From a virus (Duplodnaviria; Caudoviricetes), in IMG/VR virus record IMGVR_UViG_3300032038_000003, positions 128,001-192,000 of that record: a stretch of DNA of 64,000 nucleotides. One strand, given 5' to 3'. The position numbers were made by a program, and so were the translations under genes. Below, piece by piece: positions 22,001-30,462 of this stretch (the stretch's first letter is position 1; each line of letters starts with the position of its first letter). Below the pieces are notes generated by a model. That model saw nothing but the letters and a program-made list of their open reading frames with translations, did not search any database and had not been told where the DNA came from.

Positions 22001-25000
22001 TTAAACTCTTCTCCGATATTCCATAAAATATCATTATCGGTTTTTTGTGATTCTTCTTCTTGATATCCTTTATCATATTCGTTTATACTAATACGCTGAT
22101 TAGTACCATAAATCTTATTTAAAGAATAATGTTTAATCTCTTCGTTGACTTTATATAAGTTAAGATTTTCTGGCACGTCAACAACAGATATGCTACCAGA
22201 TGGAGTAGTATAAACATCTAATGCAGTATCGTAACGATTATAATCTCTATAAGGTAATGTAGATGATTGTAATGGGCTTGCATATTCTTTTGCTTTAGTA
22301 AATAATCTTTGCTGAAAATTCTCTGCATCTGAATATGGTAATGTTCTTACAACATCTAACTTACCAGGAGTATTAGGATTATAAGCAACGGTATATGTTT
22401 TTAAGGCATTATCGTACAACGGTGTTTGTTTAAACTGAGTAAATGTATTATTAGTTTGTGGTGTACGAGCCTCTGTTAATGTTTTAGCTGTAAATAAGTC
22501 TAACAATCTTTGATTAGCAGCTTTATGATATTGTTCTTGAGTCTTTGTATTAATTTGATTGAATGTGTCTGTATCTATAAAAGCTTTTTCTAATGTCTTT
22601 AAAATATCGTTTATAAAGCCAGTTTTTGCTTTTGCAAAACTAGACTGACCAGTCATTAATAACTGGCTAGGTTTTTCATCTTCTGGATTAACAGTTTTTA
22701 AAGTACCGTCTGGATTCCAATATTCTTTGTGCATCTTATGACGGTATACCTGTCCTACAGTACCAGATACTAATGGACCAATCAAAGGAATATTTTCGCC
22801 TTTGGCAGCAGTTTCTGCATATGGTCTATCGTTATAATGCTTTTTATCCCAATGATTCGGGTCAGTAATAAAATGTCTGATAGGAGCTAATGGACTTACT
22901 AAATTAGGATACCAAGTATTTTGATAATATTCTTTACGAGAACCATACATGGTATCGCTATATTTAACATCAGCCTCTATACGACGATATATATTAGGTC
23001 TCCAGTGGTCAATTTTTGCACCAGTAAAAGGAGTATTAGAAACAGACCAGTAACGATTTTTACGTACTGGATCGTATCCTTTTTCGATATATTCCTTACG
23101 TTCTTCTGCTGTTTGACCAAGACCTAATTGATATATTCCAGGTAACTCATTAAACTGATCAGATCCTGGTGTCATTTCTTGAAGATACTTAAATATCTTT
23201 GTAAATCCTAATGTGTCACCAAGTTTGTGTGCTCCTATATCAATAGGTTTCACAACGTCTCGCATTAATGTTTTACCAAGAGTATCAGTTTTACCTTGTT
23301 CACGTTCCTCTTTACTAGTAAATAATGGCTCAGAGAAATAGTTAATCATACCAGGAATCTGAGTTAACATGAATACTGGCAATGCTCTTTTTACTAATAA
23401 ATTTCCAACTAATGCTCCAGTAGAACGTTTAGATTTAAGACTCAATCCCAATCCAATACTAGCAAGACCAGAATCGAGTACATTAAATACATCGTACAAT
23501 GTAGAAGATTTTTCATTAAAGTATTTCCCCATTGTACCATCTGCTTTGAAACCAGAAAAACGCTGTCCAAAAAATCCTTTAAGATCATCTACGAATTTTT
23601 CTTGATTTTTATCTTTTGTATCTTGTATTAAATCGCTAAAGTTAATACCTTGTTTTGTTAATATTATGTTTTTCCCATGTACTTTTGTACCATTTTTAGT
23701 GATAAAATCATCAAAGCCTTTACCAAATGCCATGTTATATGATTTATCTCTAATATTAGATGCAGCTTCTTCGTAAGTAGCATATTGAAAATTGTCTGTT
23801 TTAAATAAATTAGAATGAGAAACTTTATCTAATAAATCATCAAAAGTATTGTCTGGGTTAAATGAATCACCTATATTTCCAGCACCACCATCACTAAGGC
23901 TTACAAATTCTTGATGTCCAATATCTAATATATCACCAATTCTTTTTCTAATTTTTTGGCTAAATGTTAAGTTAGCAAAAGGAATGTCTTCTCTAACATC
24001 TTTATTAAGATGATAGTTAGCCATTTGACGCATTGTTTCTACGTGATGAGGCATTTTAAATTTTTTATCTACATCTGAAATATCCCAAGCATCAAAACCA
24101 GAACCTATAAACTCTTTAGTACCTCCAGTACCAAGAGCATAAAGGTCTCCATCTGCAAATAATAAATGAAATGTTTCGTCAAAATTATTAAATCTTTTCT
24201 GAAGAGCGGTATTTATATCATCACCTATTCTACCGCCTTTACCAGAAATATATGGTGAATAATTACCAACACCATTGATTAATGCAAATGAAGTATCTCT
24301 ACGGTTAAACATATTGTCTAACGGAGTGACTTTAATAGCACTATCAATAGGGTTAAATCCTAATACTGGTAAACCAAAATCTTTTCTTATAGAGTTAGTA
24401 AAGAATCTTAAGGCATCTTCGCCCATCATATAGTTAATAATATTGTCGCCTTTTGCATTGATGTTTAATGCTGGATCTATAATAAATTTCTTCCAGACAT
24501 CATCAAAGTTACCTAATGCACCTATTTTATCGCCTTGCTGATAAAGATAATTCGTATTAGTAAGAAAGCCTGTCATAGTTTGTAATACAGTTCTTTCGTC
24601 TTTACCAACGGTTTCGTTAAGATTTATTTTAAATTCATCAAAGAGTCTCTTTTCGTTAAAGCCTTCTTTAAAAATTAATTTCTTTTCTTTTTTGTCAATA
24701 CCTTCGAAGATATCTCCAAAGGTGAGCGTCTTATATCCAGTGTGTTTAATCTGATACTGAGCTGCTTCATCAGTTAATGAGATACGACGAATAAAACGCT
24801 CCATTAAATCGGCACTAACACTATTTCCAGACTGATTTAATCCAGCTCTGTCAATACTACGCATAATATCATTCATTTCGTATGTGTGTTTAATAAAGCT
24901 AGATTCTTTAATACTGGCATTACGATGTTTAATTCTTTTTCGTCCATCTTCCATTAAAGCATTTGTACGTTCTTTTATAGTACGTTTAATAACATCTTTT

Positions 25001-25533
25001 GGTTGACCATCCATTTCTTCCATAATGGATTTACGTAACGCTTTAACTTCTGCTGTAGTATAACCTCTTGTGTCTTTTTCAATCATTTGATTGAGAATAT
25101 CTAAGTCTGCAACGGTATCATTAATAATACGTCTGGTATTAGTTGTGTATAATTGACCTCTTGCAAATGATTCTTTTAAATCTTGCCATAAATCATATCC
25201 AAGAGAAGAAGCTTTTTTAGCATTAAATAAGCTATGATCTGGACGCAGAAATTCTCCAGTATGACCATTAGCCCAGTTTTTCATAGCTTTTGAACGATGA
25301 TATCCTTGATTAGAAGACATTTCTGCAAAGGACGCACCTACTTCTTTCATTTTGCTTGCAATAGGGCGTAAAGCACCACTCTTGTATAAAGCTACACCGC
25401 CAGCAATTACAAGGCCAGCAGTAATAGCTTTTCCAAGAGTATCATTTTGATTTGCATCCTGTTTATCATCTATTGTTTGATTAGTAAGCAAATTACTATT
25501 GTTTTGCCTTAGTTTTTTGTTCTCTAAAGCCAT
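19069..25533 (-). CDS. Tape-measure-position/ejection protein with degenerate thermonuclease (SNase) and PD-(D/E)xK-like domains
   Basis: Follows the tail chaperone pair; several Gly/Ala-rich hydrophobic segments; SNase-like VKEIIDNNTIIV...IKFAGINVSE...NLNRRMLDKGLA (~20440-20820); Cas4-like ISGLVDARI...INIRG...MNYDLYAL...GYVYYYDKENP (~21120-21420). Confidence 0.6.
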   Translation of the reverse strand: MALENKKLRQNNSNLLTNQTIDDKQDANQNDTLGKAITAGLVIAGGVALYKSGALRPIASKMKEVGASFAEMSSNQGYHRSKAMKNWANGHTGEFLRPDHSLFNAKKASSLGYDLWQDLKESFARGQLYTTNTRRIINDTVADLDILNQMIEKDTRGYTTAEVKALRKSIMEEMDGQPKDVIKRTIKERTNALMEDGRKRIKHRNASIKESSFIKHTYEMNDIMRSIDRAGLNQSGNSVSADLMERFIRRISLTDEAAQYQIKHTGYKTLTFGDIFEGIDKKEKKLIFKEGFNEKRLFDEFKINLNETVGKDERTVLQTMTGFLTNTNYLYQQGDKIGALGNFDDVWKKFIIDPALNINAKGDNIINYMMGEDALRFFTNSIRKDFGLPVLGFNPIDSAIKVTPLDNMFNRRDTSFALINGVGNYSPYISGKGGRIGDDINTALQKRFNNFDETFHLLFADGDLYALGTGGTKEFIGSGFDAWDISDVDKKFKMPHHVETMRQMANYHLNKDVREDIPFANLTFSQKIRKRIGDILDIGHQEFVSLSDGGAGNIGDSFNPDNTFDDLLDKVSHSNLFKTDNFQYATYEEAASNIRDKSYNMAFGKGFDDFITKNGTKVHGKNIILTKQGINFSDLIQDTKDKNQEKFVDDLKGFFGQRFSGFKADGTMGKYFNEKSSTLYDVFNVLDSGLASIGLGLSLKSKRSTGALVGNLLVKRALPVFMLTQIPGMINYFSEPLFTSKEEREQGKTDTLGKTLMRDVVKPIDIGAHKLGDTLGFTKIFKYLQEMTPGSDQFNELPGIYQLGLGQTAEERKEYIEKGYDPVRKNRYWSVSNTPFTGAKIDHWRPNIYRRIEADVKYSDTMYGSRKEYYQNTWYPNLVSPLAPIRHFITDPNHWDKKHYNDRPYAETAAKGENIPLIGPLVSGTVGQVYRHKMHKEYWNPDGTLKTVNPEDEKPSQLLMTGQSSFAKAKTGFINDILKTLEKAFIDTDTFNQINTKTQEQYHKAANQRLLDLFTAKTLTEARTPQTNNTFTQFKQTPLYDNALKTYTVAYNPNTPGKLDVVRTLPYSDAENFQQRLFTKAKEYASPLQSSTLPYRDYNRYDTALDVYTTPSGSISVVDVPENLNLYKVNEEIKHYSLNKIYGTNQRISINEYDKGYQEEESQKTDNDILWNIGEEFNDIANIYGLKGFLIQSMFTGEQNIGSTKVETSSYAYSANRSFWNQNLGGLGGELSEISRRFIHKRDNDTKFLNPIRNTMPTWMPGSNYFTDYLHGDPYSKIMNGEERLPGEGYERLNNIDFSFNISASMIGNSRSAHVRHFLHQDTNLTYQQEEDIKSLKRDKRPKEITNDQYDIQNLNQVEEFVSKILDHFRDADVLLGSRIKFNDAQHDISGLVDARIKDYHSRTGESLINIRGVSSDEFKRLQQGHNIRNQDYYEMNYDLYALNNTKGRGYVYYYDKENPDDIYKARVRFNKKDLRSSIQNLNDAKKDIYTGLQTGEISRGDLYSLVEKYKILADTAPYSQEFKDISAQVSHAHLSEAEKKEVKAARERMQEQKEPLRVYDYKFKTANLKSEKVTVKEIIDNNTIIVNEYGKEHAIKFAGINVSESNSTLYKPTVKEKKEINKATGRERTVRTGKTMNQAANDELRKYLKPGQRITIQYDADERNKYNKDSTQSIRAIVNAKGTNLNRRMLDKGLAKEKETDDSPAGIHARYSKGDIAFGSMMETLTHSASKLPFIGDKFFQIRSPYEQYRKREVYNKDFKSWNHPIRDFVVPTVEDLSSQHPIGAIVGGAFLGSMMGKGPYGKMIATIFGAAVPAIGTTIHHLGSNKDREWRPKRRRQQEEMNTYIDTLKYVKNTKLYNQYKELAKKKDHFDVDAYIEKQEQKGEDNKARQQELNNYKRLVKLDFKHRGNYNFKYGEPKYEEKGQSKKEVVRAINKELAEISNDRKVEKLPLNAIKAISYKQAAERTMYGYDPGDDVRNIMAALPKKERQYYSKLVEAPEEEKQKILRIAPSYLRRALQASWGMHVDEKPELTEYFKNHALPDENWVGWQEDTDLEDVKIKMVNANGLDPGEFDIWTDNKRKADQVNIPIPKIRTRNDPRRVQAQLTRILGSNGLNSVQVSYMNGINGDSSDFNIRQDTRSEVDYQIKNLNYS

Positions 25534-26206
25534 TTAAAAGCTCCTTATTATTCCATGCCAATCCTATAATAAATGGATTATCAACCATGTTATTATTAGC
25601 ATTGACTTCTTTTTGTATTTCATCTTGAAATAGAATCAATGGGTTAATCTTTTTATTTAACGCATTCTGGATATCATCTTCGTTATGAATACTTGGTTTA
25701 TGTGTTTGCTGTTCTATGTCTTCAGAACGTTCGATATGATAATTATACCCTTGAAGATTAGCTATGTTTTCTGCACGAACAGTCATATCCATAAGTTTTT
25801 GCCATGTCCAGTCTTCCATTTCTTCGTATGTATAATCGCCAATAAATGCTTTGATTAAATCCATACATTGTTGATATAAATTGCTAGATGCTTTAGCGGC
25901 ATCATATTCATCAAAAATATCTTGTGAACTATCAAACGCAGATAGCTTTTTTAAATATCCAGCAATAACAGAAGGCAAGACGCCAAATTCACATTCTGAA
26001 AACTCGTATCCATCTGGATGTACACATGCAATATTACAAATAGCGGTTTCTTGTTTGAACTGATCAGAATACATTTTGAGTATCATTTCGTATTCTTTAA
26101 CAGTAAGTGTTCTGAATACAAAATCTTCGTTCGAAAAACGGACATAAATTAACTTATGTCCGCTGTATTCTTCTTTATAGTATTGTAATTTTTGGTCACT
26201 GATCAT
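25496..26206 (-). CDS. Putative tail assembly chaperone (paralog 2, extended)
   Basis: FVFRTLTVKEYE...IC...CVHP...G matches the upstream 196-aa protein; C-terminal YTYEEMEDWTW-type helix; lies directly before the giant genes. Confidence 0.55.
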   Translation of the reverse strand: MISDQKLQYYKEEYSGHKLIYVRFSNEDFVFRTLTVKEYEMILKMYSDQFKQETAICNIACVHPDGYEFSECEFGVLPSVIAGYLKKLSAFDSSQDIFDEYDAAKASSNLYQQCMDLIKAFIGDYTYEEMEDWTWQKLMDMTVRAENIANLQGYNYHIERSEDIEQQTHKPSIHNEDDIQNALNKKINPLILFQDEIQKEVNANNNMVDNPFIIGLAWNNKELLNGFREQKTKAKQ

Positions 26207-26797
26207 TTATAAAACCTCGATTCCATAATCATTAGTAAAGCCAGAGTTTTCCATTATGATCTGTGCAAGTGTTCCAGGATAACCAGCGTCATCTTTACCC
26301 ATAGCAGCATAATCATAATTGTATGGAAACAGTACACATGTTTTACAAATCAGCTCTTCGTTTGTGAGCGAATCTAATGCAAGAGATGCAATTTGTTCAT
26401 ACTCTGCACGATTTAATGTTCTGAATAAAAAGTGTCTGTCTAAGATTTTAGTATGATAAATTCTTGAAACGCCGTATTGCTTTTTCCAAAGCTGTACTTT
26501 GGATACTCCAGGTCCACCTTCGAAAATTGGTGCATCGTTTGGATCTATAAAGTAATCGTCATCTTTATCATACGTCATTTCTCCAGGATAGATATCTGGT
26601 TTAGAGTCATAGTCAATCTCTCCAGTAATCTCTGGTTTAGCATCAGAATCTTGATTTTCATCATCGATTTCTGCTTCTGCTCTCAGAGATGCGTAGATAT
26701 CATCTGGAGAATCTGGTTGCTCTTCTGTAAGAGTACCGTTCTTTTCAAACTCAAGTTTTTGTTTAGCAGCCTTCATTAAATCATCGTATTCGCTCAT
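26207..26797 (-). CDS. Putative tail assembly chaperone (paralog 1)
   Basis: Acidic N-terminus, then WKKQYG...FLFRTLNRAEYE...ICKTCVLFP...GYPGTLAQIIMENSGF; sits between the tube genes and the tape-measure position. Confidence 0.6.
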   Translation of the reverse strand: MSEYDDLMKAAKQKLEFEKNGTLTEEQPDSPDDIYASLRAEAEIDDENQDSDAKPEITGEIDYDSKPDIYPGEMTYDKDDDYFIDPNDAPIFEGGPGVSKVQLWKKQYGVSRIYHTKILDRHFLFRTLNRAEYEQIASLALDSLTNEELICKTCVLFPYNYDYAAMGKDDAGYPGTLAQIIMENSGFTNDYGIEVL

Positions 26798-26808
26798 GGT
26801 AATCTCCT

Positions 26809-27171
26809 TTAATAGTAGTTATTTGTAAAATCTTGTGTTTCTAGTTCGCTTAATTTGGAATCACAATCTTCAATATCTTTATTGCAATTTTCAATGTCTT
26901 CAGATAATTGTTCTTCTTGATTATAGGTTTCAAGTTGCTTTTTGAGTTTTAATAAGTCCTTTTGCCGATTAGTTTTTTCGATTTCTATATGTTCCCATTT
27001 AGCCATTGTAAGATAGAAACCTACATATACTGCACCAATACCAAATGTTGAAATTAATAATTGCGACAAAGAACTTAGATCGTTCTGATGATGCATTTCG
27101 TACATAGCATATCCAACAATAATGACTAATACGATTGCAATAAAAACGCCTATCCTTTTAGACATCGCCAT
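26809..27171 (-). CDS. Two-TM membrane protein with C-terminal coiled coil (holin-like); true start uncertain
   Basis: TM1 IGVFIAIVLVIIVGYAMY, TM2 LLISTFGIGAVYVGFYLTM. The strong RBS serves an out-of-frame ATG at 27227 (see findings). Confidence 0.55.
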   Translation of the reverse strand: MAMSKRIGVFIAIVLVIIVGYAMYEMHHQNDLSSLSQLLISTFGIGAVYVGFYLTMAKWEHIEIEKTNRQKDLLKLKKQLETYNQEEQLSEDIENCNKDIEDCDSKLSELETQDFTNNYY

Positions 27172-27243
27172 AAATCTTGGCGTAGGTTTAATACGTCTTT
27201 TTTCTTTCTTTGTTTTTGTGGAATCATAAGAATATCTCCTTTA

Positions 27244-27918
27244 TTAAATATCTTTGAAGAGCGTATCATAAGAATATTTAATATCAGAAGATGATGATAA
27301 TTCACTTTCTTCTCCCACGTATTTATTGTAATCTTCAGAGGCATCAGATTCTTTAATGTCTCTGGCGATAAAATTATAAGTTTCAGATATAGGATTGCCT
27401 GACGTATCTACTTGAACAGAAACACTTCTCATAAATACATCTTTAATAGTTTTAGTGTTAGCCCCATCGCCAAAAGATATTATAATATCTTTATGATTCT
27501 TTCTATAAACTTTACTGCTGTTGTTTAAGAAAAATGGATCATAGTGAGCGTCGTATACATCTGAGCTAGTAAAATCATTATTGTCATCATCGCCATTATT
27601 TGATGAATCACTTATCTCATTACTAGCTCCATTATTTGCTCTTTTATAAATGTCATGTAATAGGTTATCGTCAAGAACTCCAGTTTGTGGTAACCCAAAT
27701 TTCTTTTGATAATTTAATATTATATTTCTAAAAGTAGAACCTACAGCACTTACTCTTGTATTAGTAATATCCCCGCCAGCTCTATCTATCAGATTTACAA
27801 CCTCTTGTACGAGAGGACCAGAATAATTATTACCAGTAGAATCATAGCCAAGCGATGAAAATTGTCCATGTGTAAGGTCTCGTATGGAACTACCTTCATT
27901 TATAAACATATTAGCCAT
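27244..27918 (-). CDS. PG-binding domain plus C-terminal half of a tail-tube-like domain
   Basis: ILNYQKKFGLPQTGVLDD (PG_binding_1-like); DIIISFG...TIKDV...SVQVD...ISETYNFIARDI parallels the C-terminus of the tube protein. Confidence 0.6.
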   Translation of the reverse strand: MANMFINEGSSIRDLTHGQFSSLGYDSTGNNYSGPLVQEVVNLIDRAGGDITNTRVSAVGSTFRNIILNYQKKFGLPQTGVLDDNLLHDIYKRANNGASNEISDSSNNGDDDNNDFTSSDVYDAHYDPFFLNNSSKVYRKNHKDIIISFGDGANTKTIKDVFMRSVSVQVDTSGNPISETYNFIARDIKESDASEDYNKYVGEESELSSSSDIKYSYDTLFKDI

Positions 27919-28696
27919 TGATTATCGACCCCTTTACATAATGTCTTTTACCGTTCGAATCCATTACCCAATATGTTATACCATCAAGACCAGGTATTGA
28001 TTCAAGAATCAGACCGTCTCCATATAATTGTTTTCCTCCTCGTGTCATAGCGAGGTCATCATATCCAGTTACACCACTCAAATCAATTGAGGTTGCAGAT
28101 TTCATTTGAAACTGTTCTTCAAGTGCATTTTTTGTAATCTGATTCGGTACACCAGTAGCAGTAATATCGTTATTCTTCTGAAATTCTTTTAATGCCTTTT
28201 GATATTGCTGTGTACTGGAATTAGTATTTACGTCATAACCTAAAGCGATTAGCTTAATTAAAGTATCAGTATCTATATTAGTATTATTGTGTCTATCAAT
28301 ATTACGAGCTGTAGATCCAAACCAATCTGTATTGTATAGATTAGTTTCTTCGTTTAGATTGTATCTGTTATTGCCAGATGTAATTGAGTTATCATAGTCA
28401 CCATAAGGCTCAACTGTAAATACTTGAGGAGCCTTATTTTTAATTGGAACGGTAAAAGTACCAGTAACGATACGATTACCGATAACTACATCGTCAAATG
28501 TTCTTGAATTGTATCCATATACTGGTTTTAACTGTTCTTGGATTTCGTATTGTATGAAGCCAATTTCTGTTTGTTCTTCATCATCCATATAGATTTTAGT
28601 ATCTGTACTTGAGTAATATTCTTCTCTATATAAATTGGCTTCTCTATGATCAACAGTTGGAGTATATGAATAATTAAATGAAGGATCTTTCGCCAT
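27911..28696 (-). CDS. N-terminal half of a tail-tube-like domain plus PG-binding domain
   Basis: YYSSTDTKIY...IQYEIQEQLKPVYGYNSRTF...GNRIVTGTF parallels the tube N-terminus; ALKEFQKNNDITATGVPNQIT is PG_binding_1-like. Confidence 0.6.
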   Translation of the reverse strand: MAKDPSFNYSYTPTVDHREANLYREEYYSSTDTKIYMDDEEQTEIGFIQYEIQEQLKPVYGYNSRTFDDVVIGNRIVTGTFTVPIKNKAPQVFTVEPYGDYDNSITSGNNRYNLNEETNLYNTDWFGSTARNIDRHNNTNIDTDTLIKLIALGYDVNTNSSTQQYQKALKEFQKNNDITATGVPNQITKNALEEQFQMKSATSIDLSGVTGYDDLAMTRGGKQLYGDGLILESIPGLDGITYWVMDSNGKRHYVKGSIING

Positions 28697-28702
28697 AATT
28701 CA

Positions 28703-30325
28703 TTACTCCTTTACTTTAAAATGCCACTTGTATGGTGTACTACCATAAGGATATATAATATAATAAACATCCGTTGGAGTAAGATTCTGTGGATCATCTT
28801 TAAACATATCTTCAAACTCTGAAATAGAATGTGTTTGTGGTCCTTCAAAAACTAATACTTTAGAATCAGTCTTTGTATTACCGTTTTTATAAACAGACAA
28901 AACAGAATATTTCACTTGTTGAGGATTATTATTAGTAATTGTACTTTCAAACTGATCCAAAGTCTGAAGGTCTGTTATATCATATATGCCAGGTTCTTTT
29001 GTTAATTGGACATCAGCATGATTAGAAATATAACCTCGATACATGGTATTTGTCTGAGATTCTAATATATTCCAAGTATAGTTATCACAAATACCAGTCT
29101 CCATTAAATCATTATCTTGCTGAAATCTTTTTACATAGCTTTCCGTTTTTTCATCAAACGTTCCAGAAGTATAGTCTTGAAAATTAGGATACAAAGTAGA
29201 AAGTGCATTTTGTAATACTGTTACTTGTGGACCGCTATCTGCATAACGAAGTTGTTCAAAAGTATAAGCATCTGCTGGATTATCAAGATAATTATATACA
29301 TCATATAATGAAATATAACCATCTTGTGTCTGATAATAAGTTTCTAAGTTATTCATTACTTTATTAAAGACTTCGACAGATGCTAAATATGATAAAGTCT
29401 TTGTAATTGCAGAATTGGAATCTGGAGATTTATAAATATATGCTCCAGACTTATTAATGACTTGTACGAACTTACTATCTACACCATGTTTAGTGTATTG
29501 TAATAATTTCGTATAAACGCCATTATCTACAATACCATCTACGATTAATCCTTGCGTTGATTGAAAATCACGAACAGCTTGGTCAGTGATTCGATCAAAT
29601 TTATATGTAATTGGAATGTCACGATCAAGAGCCATGTTTAATAATTGCTGTACGCCAGCAATATCACTGCCCATCATCGGACTGCCATTAGTAATCAAAT
29701 ATAATGTACGACTTAATGGTCGAATTTCATATTGACTATTTTCAATAGTAGCCTGTCTTTCTTGTTCGTCTACATAATAGTTTCTTAAAACACCAGTGCT
29801 TACTGTGTATAATGTCTTCTGTTTTTGATCAGAAGCAGTAATGATGTTTTCATCAAATACAGAGATTTCTCTTGCAACAAACTTAAATAAGTTTTCTGTA
29901 AATAAATCTTCTACGGAGAGAGTTTGTGATTCATCAGTAAAGTCTACTCCATAAATGAACATACTACATGAACTACCATATTCGTTTGCAGATACGATCA
30001 TAATGTCAAACAATGGTAGTTCGTCAACTTTAAGCGTAGGATAATCCTGTAAATATGGTGCTTGGTCTTGTAATTCTCTTAGCCAATGTTTATTGATAAG
30101 AGTAAAAACCATAGTACCAGCATATATTCTTGAACCTCTGGTAATACCGTTAATATTAGTACGACCAATGTTGATTACTGGTACTTTATTTCTATACATG
30201 GAATAACTAATAGTAGTTAAAGAACCAATAACAATAGGCTTGAGTCCTGGAAACATTAAAAAGGCAATGGTATCTGTACCAGAGAAAGATTTATAAAACC
30301 TAGAAATAGACATACCTTTATCCAT
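28703..30325 (-). CDS. Tail tube paralog (possible tube initiator) with two PG-binding domains and an SH3-like domain
   Basis: SFSGTD...GSLTTISYS...RGSRIYAGTMVF...DELPLFDI...NEYG aligns with the 309-aa tube; AVRDFQSTQGLIVDGIVD and VKRFQQDNDLMETGICD are PG_binding_1 motifs. Confidence 0.75.
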   Translation of the reverse strand: MDKGMSISRFYKSFSGTDTIAFLMFPGLKPIVIGSLTTISYSMYRNKVPVINIGRTNINGITRGSRIYAGTMVFTLINKHWLRELQDQAPYLQDYPTLKVDELPLFDIMIVSANEYGSSCSMFIYGVDFTDESQTLSVEDLFTENLFKFVAREISVFDENIITASDQKQKTLYTVSTGVLRNYYVDEQERQATIENSQYEIRPLSRTLYLITNGSPMMGSDIAGVQQLLNMALDRDIPITYKFDRITDQAVRDFQSTQGLIVDGIVDNGVYTKLLQYTKHGVDSKFVQVINKSGAYIYKSPDSNSAITKTLSYLASVEVFNKVMNNLETYYQTQDGYISLYDVYNYLDNPADAYTFEQLRYADSGPQVTVLQNALSTLYPNFQDYTSGTFDEKTESYVKRFQQDNDLMETGICDNYTWNILESQTNTMYRGYISNHADVQLTKEPGIYDITDLQTLDQFESTITNNNPQQVKYSVLSVYKNGNTKTDSKVLVFEGPQTHSISEFEDMFKDDPQNLTPTDVYYIIYPYGSTPYKWHFKVKE

Positions 30326-30350
30326 TATATCTTTCTCTCCTTTCTTCTAA

Positions 30351-30379
30351 ATTATAGCAAAGGATATTATTTAATACAA
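30351..30379 (-). promoter_or_regulatory. SigA/sigma70-like promoter with extended -10
   Basis: Minus strand TTGTAT (30379-30374), 17 bp spacer, TATAAT (30356-30351) preceded by TGn; upstream of RBS AAGGAG and the ATG at 30325. Confidence 0.6.
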
Positions 30380-30419
30380 GAAATAAGAATGAACCCAGCA
30401 GCATTATAGCATACTGGGT
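30378..30419 (-). terminator. Probable intrinsic terminator after the tail tube gene
   Basis: Stem ACCCAGUA...UGCUGGGU (30419-30393; the G.U pair works only on the minus strand) followed by U-rich UCAUUCUUAUUUCUU. Confidence 0.6.
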
Positions 30420-30462
30420 CCACCCTTATCTATTTTAAGCTATGATTAAATTAGATTCTTGA

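Noticed and set aside
8882-25533. Inteins or introns explaining the giant ORF sizes
   Set aside because: No intein splice-junction (C...HN-C/S/T) pattern with LAGLIDADG motifs was recognised, and the frames are uninterrupted.
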